IMG/VR virus record: IMGVR_UViG_3300027963_005443
From: a virus
Length of the DNA: 64,000 bases
Direction: 5' to 3' (one strand)
Each line of letters begins with the position of its first letter. Position 1 is the stretch's first letter. Position numbers and translations under genes: made by a program. Below the pieces are notes generated by a model. That model did no database searches. It was not told where the DNA came from and saw only the letters and a list, made by a program, of their open reading frames with translations. Shown piece after piece: positions 23,444 to 32,952 of this stretch.

Positions 23444-24478
23444 ATGATTATTTCACAAGATTTTAAATTAGATTTTCAAGACGTATTAATTGTTCCTCAA
23501 AGAACAACTCTTGAAAGTAGAAGCGAAGTTATCGTAGAGAGAAAATTTTATTTTTATAACTCTCCAAGGATTTGGGAGGGAATTCCAATCATGTGTTCAA
23601 ACATGGTTCCTCTTACATCTTTGGCAATGGCAAAAAAACTATCGAACTATAAAATTGTTACCGCACTTCACAAATATTATTCCCACAAAGACTTAAGTAA
23701 AATAATCAATGAAGTTGGAACTGATTACGCTTGGGCAACAATAGGGAAATCAGAAGAAGATATTAAAAAAATAAAAAAGGTTTCTATAGATCTAAATAAA
23801 AATCCAAATATAGTAATAGACGTTCCCAATGGCTATATGGAATCTTTTGTTAAATTTTGCGCACAAGTAAGAGAAGAGTTTCCAGATAGTATAATTTGTG
23901 CCGGGAATGTCACAACACCAGAAATATGTGAAGAGCTTATAATTCACGGGAAAGTTGATATTTGTAAAATCCAAATAGGCCCAGGATCTCAATGCGAAAC
24001 CAGAAAAATGACAGGTGTTGGATATGGAACTTTTTCATGTGTACAAGAATGTTCTCATGCCGCCCATGGTTTAAAATCAAATAAAAGCAGGTTAGGTTTG
24101 GTTATGAGTGATGGTGGTTGCAAAGATGTTGGTGATATATGCAAAGCATTGTGTGGTGGTTCCGATTGGATCATGTTGGGCGGCATGTTCGCAGGCACAG
24201 ATGAATGCGAAGGAGAATGGGAATATGATGCGGAAAAAAATAAATCCGCACTTACATTCTATGGGATGAGCTCCCATTATGCCCAAGAAAAACATGGAGT
24301 TGGCAAAAAAGAATACAGAGCCTCAGAAGGCAAGGTATCTAAAATACCTTGCAAAGGCCCAGTAGCAGATGTTGTTCAAGAAATCTTGGGAGGAATAAGA
24401 TCTTGTGGAGCTTATATTGGAGCCAAAAACCTTAAAGATTATTCAAAGTGTGCAAAATTTGTTAAAATTTTAAAATGA
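23444..24478 (+). CDS. guaC: GMP reductase
   Basis: KLDFQDVLIVPQR, IDVPNGY, GNVTTPE, KIQIGPGSQCETR (catalytic Cys loop), SDGGC, MLGGMFAG, FYGMSS, YRASEGK. Confidence 0.92.
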   Translation: MIISQDFKLDFQDVLIVPQRTTLESRSEVIVERKFYFYNSPRIWEGIPIMCSNMVPLTSLAMAKKLSNYKIVTALHKYYSHKDLSKIINEVGTDYAWATIGKSEEDIKKIKKVSIDLNKNPNIVIDVPNGYMESFVKFCAQVREEFPDSIICAGNVTTPEICEELIIHGKVDICKIQIGPGSQCETRKMTGVGYGTFSCVQECSHAAHGLKSNKSRLGLVMSDGGCKDVGDICKALCGGSDWIMLGGMFAGTDECEGEWEYDAEKNKSALTFYGMSSHYAQEKHGVGKKEYRASEGKVSKIPCKGPVADVVQEILGGIRSCGAYIGAKNLKDYSKCAKFVKILK

Positions 24479-24504
24479 TGAAGAAAATTTTGGCTAAATC
24501 TTTT

Positions 24505-24582
24505 TGCTACTCAAGGAATGGGAGTCGAGCGGGATATTTGACGAGATCGTCAAGAGTTCCGCCCCGCTCCAGCTGAGTGGTC
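24505..24582. ncRNA. candidate structured RNA between convergent guaC and csrA
   Basis: GC-rich nested stems CTACTCA/TGAGTGG, GAGCGGG/CCCGCTC, TTGACG/CGTCAA; no adjacent U-tract. Confidence 0.3.
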
Positions 24583-24637
24583 GGCCTATTAAAAAATCGA
24601 TTCTTTAGACATTGCCCAGATCTATTCCGTGGTTTGC

Positions 24638-24844
24638 TCAATCCACTCGGAGATCATCGCTTAGATCGCTAGATAAATTTTTATTTTCTAATTCAGATCT
24701 GATTACGGTGACTTCTTGAGGAGCATCTATACCTATACGAACTTTATTGCGGTTGTCAATCCTGACAACGGTGATTTTGATATCGTCGGCACCTGGGCTC
24801 TTCAGAACAATTGTCTCATCCTTTTTTCTACTGAGAACTAGCAT
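24638..24844 (-). CDS. csrA: carbon storage regulator CsrA
   Basis: MLVLSRKKDETIVL...ITVVRI...VRIGIDAPQEVTVIRSEL; AAGGA SD. Confidence 0.93.
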   Translation of the reverse strand: MLVLSRKKDETIVLKSPGADDIKITVVRIDNRNKVRIGIDAPQEVTVIRSELENKNLSSDLSDDLRVD

Positions 24845-24941
24845 ATAATTCCTTTCATCTTAATGTGTAATCTTCCACAATCAATATAGTGTGTCTTTCT
24901 CAAAAATTTGACAAAAAACAAAAAATATAGATAATATAATC

Positions 24942-25784
24942 ATGGAAAATATCAAAATCTGGCGACTGCATCCAAGAGGCTGCCGAGTTGAAAAAGCAGA
25001 AAAAACTTGCTTGGGAACTGCTAACTCTGCCGCTGTACGTTGGTGTGGTCCTTACACAAACGCAAATAAATATGGATTTTGGATATATCCTCCAATAGAT
25101 TTCAATTTTATTTATAAAAATGGAAAATTCGAATATGAATACCTAGAAGATTACGGAGATGATGACCACGAAATTATAAAATCACTAATAAAGCCGTGCG
25201 ACAACTCTAAGCCAGATAAATGGCTTCCTGAAGATGGCAGAACCAAATTCACTTGGGGAATGGTCGAGCCAAATGTCATACAAATTTGGACAGGGTTGAT
25301 TTTTCAAACTCCTCCAGGATGGTGCTTACACATCAGAAGTCCTATTAACTTTCAACACACAAAATACCGTGTAATGGAAGCTGTTTTAGAAACTGATTGG
25401 ATGCAATATGACATATGGATAAATTTAGTTTGTAATCAAGATGGAAAATTTGAAATAAATAAAAATATTCCAATTGCTCAATTGTTGCCGGTAAGAAGAG
25501 AAAGTTTTGAAGAGAAATGCGAAATTCAAGAGGAAAATATAAACCGAAATTCAAGAGAAAGTAATAAAGTGTTTGAATATTATCTGCACTATAATAAAAA
25601 AAAGTTCGAAAATGGCGGAAAACAACTTCTAACAGCTGATGGATCTTTGACGAAAGACTCTGGTACTTATCATAAAGAAAAAAATAAAATTTTAGATAAA
25701 GAAATGGAGCCAAAATGCCCTTTTCAACAATCTAAAAATTTTATAGGAAGACTATTATCAAAAAAAATTCCCCCTCCCGGTTAA
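24942..25784 (+). CDS. hypothetical protein, DUF6065-like
   Basis: WCGPYTNANKYGFWIYPP.D...FQTPPGWCLHIRSPIN...AVLETDW...PIAQLLPVRRE pattern. Confidence 0.55.
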   Translation: MENIKIWRLHPRGCRVEKAEKTCLGTANSAAVRWCGPYTNANKYGFWIYPPIDFNFIYKNGKFEYEYLEDYGDDDHEIIKSLIKPCDNSKPDKWLPEDGRTKFTWGMVEPNVIQIWTGLIFQTPPGWCLHIRSPINFQHTKYRVMEAVLETDWMQYDIWINLVCNQDGKFEINKNIPIAQLLPVRRESFEEKCEIQEENINRNSRESNKVFEYYLHYNKKKFENGGKQLLTADGSLTKDSGTYHKEKNKILDKEMEPKCPFQQSKNFIGRLLSKKIPPPG

Positions 25785-25797
25785 GAGAGGGGGAATT
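25766..25797. terminator. bidirectional terminator
   Basis: AATTCCCCCTC/GAGGGGGAATT 11-bp stem between convergent genes. Confidence 0.7.
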
Positions 25798-25805
25798 GTC
25801 ATAAA

Positions 25806-26261
25806 CTAAAATAGCTGCTGGCTGCAGACTGTTATTGCTGGGACATATGCGCCACTAATTCCCGAGCAGAGCGAATTTGTTGCTCTACATGTAGGATGAA
25901 ATAGTCTAGAGCGTGTATATGTGGTTGATGGGTTCGTTGGATCTTTTTTGCTCAAGCATTTAAATTGTGAATATATTTTCACATATTTTAATTCAAGAGC
26001 AGTTTTTTCCATTACTGGTCGGCCGTTGGCGCCGACAATAATTAAACCATTATCATCCATTTTTGGCATATCAACTATCTTTGAGACGTCCATAACTTCA
26101 TATTTAATATTATCTACTTCATTATCGCCTATAAAATATTGTATAGATTTGGCAACCAACTTATTAGAAGCCCAATCCATAGTCATATCTTTTCTGGCTA
26201 CATAGTATGCGTTGTAGCTATATGAGTAATCATAACCAACTATATATAGATTAGAATCCAT
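25806..26261 (-). CDS. hypothetical protein
   Basis: 151-aa ORF with AAGGAGG SD and upstream TATATA. Confidence 0.7.
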   Translation of the reverse strand: MDSNLYIVGYDYSYSYNAYYVARKDMTMDWASNKLVAKSIQYFIGDNEVDNIKYEVMDVSKIVDMPKMDDNGLIIVGANGRPVMEKTALELKYVKIYSQFKCLSKKDPTNPSTTYTRSRLFHPTCRATNSLCSGISGAYVPAITVCSQQLF

Positions 26262-26383
26262 TCATACCTCCTTGTTAAGGTTGGCATCATTGCCAACTAT
26301 TAGTATATATTAAACTTTAATGGTAATTTTCTATTATCTTTACAACTATATATTTTAATTAAACATAAAAAAGAAAAAAATTC

Positions 26384-27931
26384 ATGAGCAATAATACATG
26401 TAATTATCTAACTAAAATTATTAATATTCCCGGAGACTGGCGATCCGTATCTTGTTCTTCCAATGGCACGAAAATAGTGTGTATTAAACGGTATGATGGT
26501 TTATACCGCAGCATAGATTCTGGTAGTACATGGGTGAAAAAAATCAATTCCCCAGGTGATGGATTTTCTCATATTTCTGGCGACGGCCAAATAGGAATTT
26601 TTATATCACGCTACACATACAATGATATATATGTATCTCAGGATAGCGGACACACCTGGGTCAATAAACAACCGGGTCTCCCATTACAGGAATTTACTCC
26701 CACAGAATCTAGAATAATTTGCTCATCATATAGTGGAGATACTATTTTTATAGTGCCTGGTCTTTATGCGAGTTTAACAGGTTATTTTTACAAAAGCACA
26801 GATAAAGGAGATACTTGGACAAAAATTACATCGGGATTAGAGCCCTTTACATCCATATCTTGCTCAAGTGATGGTAATACAGTATTGGCTACAGGAAAAT
26901 CCAATGTTTATATAAGTAACGATTCTGGGCTGTCCTGGAGTGTACGCACGTTACCCGTGGCATTAAACGAGCAAGCGGATTGTGAACAATTATATGCTTG
27001 CTGTATGTCAAGCAATGGCACCTCTATGATGGCTTCAATCAGAGAAAAATTCAATGACACCCCATGTAACAGTCAAACAGTTTATGGGTCATTTATTAGT
27101 AGAAACGGCGGGTCTACCTGGGTCGGAGTGGACATAATAGCATCGCAATTAGCTTGTTCAGATGACTTTAGCACAATTTTAGCCGGAGCGGCTGGTTCGT
27201 ATTCATATAGAGTTAGTAAAGATGGGGGAAATTATTGGGCAAATATAATTGATCAAAATAATCCTGATTCTTTCAGGTATATTAGCGGGGTAGATTTAAA
27301 TAGCACAGGAGATAAGCTTTATATATCAGCTAGTGGCGCCAACTCTGTGTATGATAATGAGTTTATATACTCGGTAAATTGCGAAACTTTGCCTCCTATA
27401 CCAGGCACTACAACTACAGCAGCACCTACTACAGCAGCACCTACTACAGCAGCACCTACTACAGCAGCACCTACTACAGCAGCACCTACTACAGCAGCAC
27501 CTACTACAGCAAAAGAAATATGCTTCAGGGTAATTTGTCCAGATAACGATTGCGTATCAAATGTAGTTTGCATACCGGTAAACACTGCCCCGGAGGCACC
27601 GATTGATCACTCTTGTGATTGCATAGATTGTGGAACATGCCCAGAAGCGCCTCCCTTTGTTACTACAGTAGCACCTACAACTACAGTAGCACCTACAACT
27701 ACAGTAGCACCTACAACTACAGTAGCACCTACAACTACAGTAGCACCTACAACTACAGTAGCACCTACAACATCTCCGCCTGCTGGATGTTGTGAGGGGG
27801 CTTGCAACCCAATGGAGAAATGCTGTTCAGATGGCTTTGGCAACTGCGATTGCTGCCCAGAAATTAACTGGGTTTGCTGTCCAGGAAACTTGAATTGTGC
27901 AGCAACCTTGGCCGATTGCCCTCCTCAGTGA
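26384..27931 (+). CDS. Asp-box (BNR/sialidase-like) propeller protein + TTAAP/TTTVAP tracts + 12-Cys module
   Basis: S.D.G.TW repeats (SIDSGSTW, SQDSGHTW, STDKGDTW, SNDSGLSW); 15-bp and 18-bp tandem repeats; C-terminal WVCCPGNLNCAATLADCPPQ. Confidence 0.8.
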   Translation: MSNNTCNYLTKIINIPGDWRSVSCSSNGTKIVCIKRYDGLYRSIDSGSTWVKKINSPGDGFSHISGDGQIGIFISRYTYNDIYVSQDSGHTWVNKQPGLPLQEFTPTESRIICSSYSGDTIFIVPGLYASLTGYFYKSTDKGDTWTKITSGLEPFTSISCSSDGNTVLATGKSNVYISNDSGLSWSVRTLPVALNEQADCEQLYACCMSSNGTSMMASIREKFNDTPCNSQTVYGSFISRNGGSTWVGVDIIASQLACSDDFSTILAGAAGSYSYRVSKDGGNYWANIIDQNNPDSFRYISGVDLNSTGDKLYISASGANSVYDNEFIYSVNCETLPPIPGTTTTAAPTTAAPTTAAPTTAAPTTAAPTTAAPTTAKEICFRVICPDNDCVSNVVCIPVNTAPEAPIDHSCDCIDCGTCPEAPPFVTTVAPTTTVAPTTTVAPTTTVAPTTTVAPTTTVAPTTSPPAGCCEGACNPMEKCCSDGFGNCDCCPEINWVCCPGNLNCAATLADCPPQ

Positions 27932-27932
27932 T

Positions 27933-27975
27933 CCCTTAGTTTTATCTTGACAAGTATATATAAAATATGCCAAAT
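27933..27975 (+). repeat. 43-bp junction repeat, right copy
   Basis: CCCTTAGTTTTATCTTGACAAGTATATATAAAATATGCCAAAT; 1 mismatch to 21175..21217. Confidence 0.9.
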
Positions 27976-29892
27976 GATGCTAATTTTAAAATATACGGAT
28001 TTTGCAATAAATTAAAGATACACTGCATGGAACTTACAGATGAGGGGTTTATAGCAGGAGGACAAAATGCAATAAAAAGAAAGTATTATTGGAATAGTGA
28101 AAAAGGTTTTGTTTACGGGGATGGAACAAGTGTGCAAAACCCTCCTTGGGCAATAAATAACAATAAAATAAGATTAAATTTTGAAGATGATATAAATTGT
28201 TCCAAATACAATAAGCATAGACAAAAAGCAACATGCAGAATCCACATCAATCCTTTTGAACAAAAAAATATAAACTTATCTTGGATTGGAATGGCGGAAC
28301 AAAACTCTTCAGATAACGAATATATGGAATTAAGGCTAGATGGACAAAAAATTGCTAGTTCTGGTTCTGTTGGGGATGGCAAAGGTTGTTCCTCTATGGT
28401 TTCTGTGGTTTCCAAAGATTCAGAAGGAAACATAATATCACCTTCGGCAGTTTTAACATTAGCAGAAGGTCTGAGTGTAATAGACATACTTTTAGATACA
28501 AAAAACGAATTCTTCCACACAAATTCATATTATGAATTTACAATGGATCCATTTACTTGTATGTGTGATCTAGAAATAGATCAAGTAACACATACGGGAG
28601 AAATGTCAACTGGTGGCGCAGAAAATTTCATAATAGAAATGATCAATAACAAAAATTGCTGCAGCAGAGTTCAGTATAAATTAGATTGCGGAGATTGGAT
28701 TGATTATCCTATCTGCTCGGTCACAGAAACCACAACCACAACCACAATTGGTCCAGCTTGCCCCGGTAATTGTGATAATAACTTAATACTGAACGGGGAT
28801 TTTGAATTAGATGCTCCAAATATGGACCTGGGAACGGCTCAACATTGGGTAGTGGACAATGTGGATGTAACATCCGTAGAGTTATCGGGTCCCAATAAAA
28901 ATGTTTGGATAGATTTAAATGCATGCTCTCCAGGTTCTATGGAACAATCTTTTTCAACTATTATTGGTCAACAATATATATTGTATTTCAATATGGCAGG
29001 AAATAGCGCATGCACCCCCTCTAATCCGTGCGACGAAAGAACAGATAATATAAATAATGTTAAAACTTTCAAGGTTTCTGTTGCTGGCGTGGTTCAAAAC
29101 TATACATTTGATACCAGTAGTACTCCGAATTTAATCCCAGGTAAAATAGCAGATTATTCAGGGATGGGATGGACTTCAGAATCCTTGATATTTACTGCGG
29201 TGGAGTCTACTACAACCTTGAGATTTGAAAGCACCTGCAGCTCTTGCGGATGCTTTGGTGCAGCAATAGATTGCGTAGAAGTTTGTACTATAGCGGCAAC
29301 TACAACATTGGCTCCTTGTGTAAATTTAATTACCAATGGAGACTTTAGTTCGCCATCATCTTTAAATGGTAGATGCACAAACAGTATAGGCGTAGATAAT
29401 AGACAAGACTTAAATGGAATTCTTCAAGTAGCCCCTCCTTGGTATCTTTGGCCGAACGGCGACGTTTTTTCTTTTTATTATTGCAATAATTCATTGCCAA
29501 ACAATAGATTTGTTAGTTTAGGATTATCAGTTAATAGGGCTTATTTATCACAAACTATATCAACAGTTATAGGAGCCACATATACATGCTCCTTTGATAT
29601 GGGGTGCTCACCCGGATACAACGGCTTAAACTTAACATCTAGGTCGTTGGACGTGTTTGTTTCACCAGGAGTTGATCTAAAGAATACTTTTAATATAGAT
29701 AATGTAGTCACAGGCAATACTTACGAAAGTTTAGGATGGATGCGTAAATCATTTCAATTTACTGCGACTTCTTCCTTAACCATGATTACGTTCCGGACAC
29801 CAAATGATTCATTGAATGCTATTCCAAACGGTAATCCTGGGGTCGAGTGTTTGTCTGTGATAGATAACGTGGAGGTTTGCCTAGAAACTTGA
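27967..29892 (+). CDS. protein with two DUF642/choice-of-anchor-C-like carbohydrate-binding domains
   Basis: NLILNGDFE...IDLN..SPGSMEQSFSTIIGQQY.LYFNMAGN...MGW.SESLIFTA...TTLRFES...GAAID.VEV; second copy homologous to the domain in 8750..13021. Confidence 0.8.
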   Translation: MPNDANFKIYGFCNKLKIHCMELTDEGFIAGGQNAIKRKYYWNSEKGFVYGDGTSVQNPPWAINNNKIRLNFEDDINCSKYNKHRQKATCRIHINPFEQKNINLSWIGMAEQNSSDNEYMELRLDGQKIASSGSVGDGKGCSSMVSVVSKDSEGNIISPSAVLTLAEGLSVIDILLDTKNEFFHTNSYYEFTMDPFTCMCDLEIDQVTHTGEMSTGGAENFIIEMINNKNCCSRVQYKLDCGDWIDYPICSVTETTTTTTIGPACPGNCDNNLILNGDFELDAPNMDLGTAQHWVVDNVDVTSVELSGPNKNVWIDLNACSPGSMEQSFSTIIGQQYILYFNMAGNSACTPSNPCDERTDNINNVKTFKVSVAGVVQNYTFDTSSTPNLIPGKIADYSGMGWTSESLIFTAVESTTTLRFESTCSSCGCFGAAIDCVEVCTIAATTTLAPCVNLITNGDFSSPSSLNGRCTNSIGVDNRQDLNGILQVAPPWYLWPNGDVFSFYYCNNSLPNNRFVSLGLSVNRAYLSQTISTVIGATYTCSFDMGCSPGYNGLNLTSRSLDVFVSPGVDLKNTFNIDNVVTGNTYESLGWMRKSFQFTATSSLTMITFRTPNDSLNAIPNGNPGVECLSVIDNVEVCLET

Positions 29893-29905
29893 CTAAAATA
29901 TAAAA

Positions 29906-32900
29906 ATGATAAATAAACACTTCGTAATAAACCAAATAGAATTAGATGATACAAATTTTGATGCACCAATAACAAAATTGGATGTACCAACTACATCACC
30001 ACCAGACACACCAACTACACCACCACCCAGGTGTCCTAGTTTTTGGATAAACTCAGGTGTAAACGCAGAAGTATTTTATAAGAAAAACTCCGGTCCTTGT
30101 CCTGGCGGGCATCGTTGCGACAGAGCTGTTTTCGATTTATATGTAAATGATTCATTGGTAAAAGAAAACATAAATTTAAATAATTTATCAGATGGAGGAG
30201 ATCGAACAAGCGGAGTCTTTTCAATTCCCACAGATATACTTTATTGGGATATCAATTGCGAATGCAGCTTCTATTTTAACCTAAAATGTAAGTTATCTTG
30301 TGATTGCCATAAAGGCTTGGCTTGGATTATAATTAAAAATTCAAGCGGTAAAGTTTTATATGATAACTGTATACCAAATGATGAGTATGTATTTATAGGG
30401 ACTTCTTGTAAATCTAATCAAAAATTGCCAGATATTAGTTGCTACAAATGTTCAGATTGCGAATTATTCCAAACACCAACTTCAAATATCGAAGATACTT
30501 GCGAATCTTTGGGTTACTTCTCAAACTTTACTGATTGTAATAATGTTTGCACTACAACTACAACCACAACTACAACCACCACGGCGGAACCGCCTTGGTC
30601 GCCCAGATGCAATAGTTTAATACTAAATGGAGGTTTTGACCAAGTTATTGGAGGTGGGGTTGGCCCCGATGCTACACACTGGTCGCTACAGAATGTATTG
30701 TTTCAATCAATACTTCCTATGCAGCCTGGGGGAATTTTTGTGAATCTAAATGGAGGAGATACTAAAACCGGATGTTCTCCTGGGTACATAGAGCAATCTT
30801 TTTCCACCGTAGTAGGCAATCAATATACATTGTATTTCAATATGTCTGCCGCCATAAATACATCTAATTTTCCTACAAATGAATATAAAGGACTCACGGT
30901 TACTGTGGCCGGGGTTACCGAACCTTACGAGTTTGACACCAACTTGCAACAAACGCCTACCTATCAGGGAATGGGATGGGTTTCAAAATCTTTAATATTT
31001 ACTGCAGTGGATGCTACTACGACCTTAAGATTTGAAAGCACATATAACGGCTGCTGGGGACCTGCGATAGATCGTGTTGAAGTTTGCGAGAATACAACAA
31101 CTACAACTACTACAACTACTACAACTACTACAACTACTACAACTACTACAACTACTACAACTACTACAACTACAACTACAACCACTACAACCACTACAAC
31201 TACTACAACTACAACTACTACAACTACTACAACTACACCTTCGCCTGGTTTCAGGCTAAAAGATTTTGGAAATAAAAGCCAATTGTTATCTCAAACAGAA
31301 GTAGAAGATGAAATTAAAATGGAGTTTACAAATTTTTATGATATTTACGACAATAAAAGAAGAATTCAGAGAGGGCTGACTCAGCCTAGTTATTGGGCCA
31401 TAAACAGATCTAAAAATTTAGCGGATCCATTAATAGAACTTTCGTCTGGGGCCAATGATACCGACAATAATCTTTATAGAGCAGACAGCATTTATGAAGT
31501 TCAAGGACCGTATATCGGAGATGATGTGAGCGGCCTTATTTATATGGGCGATCGTAGGCCAGGGGATACTGCCTCTCTTAATTTTTCTTCATCAAATAAA
31601 TTTTCTGCTGATCGTGTTCCAAAAATTAATATTGTCGAAAATAGAATAAAAGTGTCTACGGCAAATAATTCAAGAGAATATGAAAGAGATAGTAACATAT
31701 TAGAAATGTCTAATTTAGAAATAGTAGCAGAAAGTAAAAAAATAAAGAAAGTCTTAAATCCATCAAAACTTAATATTGTTACAGCAGGAGATAGTACTTT
31801 AGAAAAAACATCAACAGATTCAGGTTATTATCTGGCTTCGACAATAGACATATATACTATTGATCAAATCAATTTATCGAATCCTCCAAAGTTTTCAATA
31901 AGTGGAGCAGGTGTGTTATATTTCGGTAACTCACAAATAGGTAGCGGTTCATTAAAAATTACAAGTTCGGGCATTAGTAAAGATGTAGATTATGGCCAAC
32001 TGTCAGTTCTGGGATATCCTTCGTGTAGTGTTGCAGTTTACGATGGAGACTTGATAGAATTTAATGCCGAGCATAGTTCATTGTCTACGATAATTTTTAT
32101 GCCTTATTCAACTATGACTTTAGGATTGTATGATAAAAGTATTTCTGGAATAGTGGCGAACAATCCTGGGGTATCGGATTCTGGGGCGAGTTTTTATAAA
32201 TATGAATTAGTGAGCGGGGATGGAAGCAATGATAATTCTAGATTTAGTATAATTAATAATTGGCCCAATGGATTTTTAGTATGGAATGAAGATTCTACTG
32301 GTCTAACCGCTTCGTCTCAATTGTCAGTAAGAATTAGAGCAAAAAATGCAGAATATGGCACTATTATTGCTGAAAATTCAATAACATTTTCTATAATTCC
32401 TGCATCGAATAAAACATTAAGCCTTCCTTCCAATATACATCCTACAATTCAAGATAAATTAATAATATGCAGAGGAGATAGTTTTGTTTTTTATAGCATG
32501 TACGGCGACGGTGCTCGTAATATTTTTGTTCTAAAACCCTTTGGCAAAGGAGTTGATTCAGTTATTGATCCGTATAAACAAGTAAATATTAAAGAAAATC
32601 TTAATATGGTTTATGAATTTAAAATAATAGGAGAAACAGAGTGGAATATTTTTTTAATTAGTTCCCTTCATAGTCAAGGGACGAATTATTATCTCTATCT
32701 TAGCACGGATGATCTATACTTTAGAAGTCCATGGCAGGGTTCCTTTATAATTCCTAGTTGCAAAGATGTTCAATTTAGGTGCTATATTTGTGATGGAAAA
32801 CCTGATTCTTTAGGACCTTTAGGGTCAGGTCCATACATATACTCTGATATTATTAAATTTCCTCCACCCAATAAATTAGACTGTGATGATTCTAGTGTTT

Positions 32901-32938
32901 TTGAACCATCAAATTTTTACGTATCTTTTGACCCTTAA
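29906..32938 (+). CDS. modular protein: GPCPGGH domain, DUF642-like domain, ~48-residue poly-Thr, cadherin-like segment
   Basis: SGPCPGGHRCDRAVF...CHKGLAW; DUF642-like motifs; FYKYELVSGDGSNDNSRFSI (cadherin-like). Confidence 0.75.
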   Translation: MINKHFVINQIELDDTNFDAPITKLDVPTTSPPDTPTTPPPRCPSFWINSGVNAEVFYKKNSGPCPGGHRCDRAVFDLYVNDSLVKENINLNNLSDGGDRTSGVFSIPTDILYWDINCECSFYFNLKCKLSCDCHKGLAWIIIKNSSGKVLYDNCIPNDEYVFIGTSCKSNQKLPDISCYKCSDCELFQTPTSNIEDTCESLGYFSNFTDCNNVCTTTTTTTTTTTAEPPWSPRCNSLILNGGFDQVIGGGVGPDATHWSLQNVLFQSILPMQPGGIFVNLNGGDTKTGCSPGYIEQSFSTVVGNQYTLYFNMSAAINTSNFPTNEYKGLTVTVAGVTEPYEFDTNLQQTPTYQGMGWVSKSLIFTAVDATTTLRFESTYNGCWGPAIDRVEVCENTTTTTTTTTTTTTTTTTTTTTTTTTTTTTTTTTTTTTTTTTTTTTTTTPSPGFRLKDFGNKSQLLSQTEVEDEIKMEFTNFYDIYDNKRRIQRGLTQPSYWAINRSKNLADPLIELSSGANDTDNNLYRADSIYEVQGPYIGDDVSGLIYMGDRRPGDTASLNFSSSNKFSADRVPKINIVENRIKVSTANNSREYERDSNILEMSNLEIVAESKKIKKVLNPSKLNIVTAGDSTLEKTSTDSGYYLASTIDIYTIDQINLSNPPKFSISGAGVLYFGNSQIGSGSLKITSSGISKDVDYGQLSVLGYPSCSVAVYDGDLIEFNAEHSSLSTIIFMPYSTMTLGLYDKSISGIVANNPGVSDSGASFYKYELVSGDGSNDNSRFSIINNWPNGFLVWNEDSTGLTASSQLSVRIRAKNAEYGTIIAENSITFSIIPASNKTLSLPSNIHPTIQDKLIICRGDSFVFYSMYGDGARNIFVLKPFGKGVDSVIDPYKQVNIKENLNMVYEFKIIGETEWNIFLISSLHSQGTNYYLYLSTDDLYFRSPWQGSFIIPSCKDVQFRCYICDGKPDSLGPLGSGPYIYSDIIKFPPPNKLDCDDSSVFEPSNFYVSFDP
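31094..31238. repeat. poly-Thr tract (ACT/ACA/ACC triplets)
   Basis: About 48 consecutive Thr codons, ACTACTACA periodicity. Confidence 0.9.
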
Positions 32939-32952
32939 ACTCTTTGGTGAAT

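Noticed and set aside
24500-24590. tRNA or tmRNA (CAGCTGG and CTCGACTCCC look like D- and T-loops on the minus strand)
   Set aside because: No pairing T-stem or acceptor stem and no anticodon arm; kept only as an unassigned structured element
21175-27975. A demonstrated shufflon or invertase system
   Set aside because: Repeats are present but no recombinase is in the window, and inversion within the 43-bp repeat would not change any coding sequence; reported only as a hypothesis
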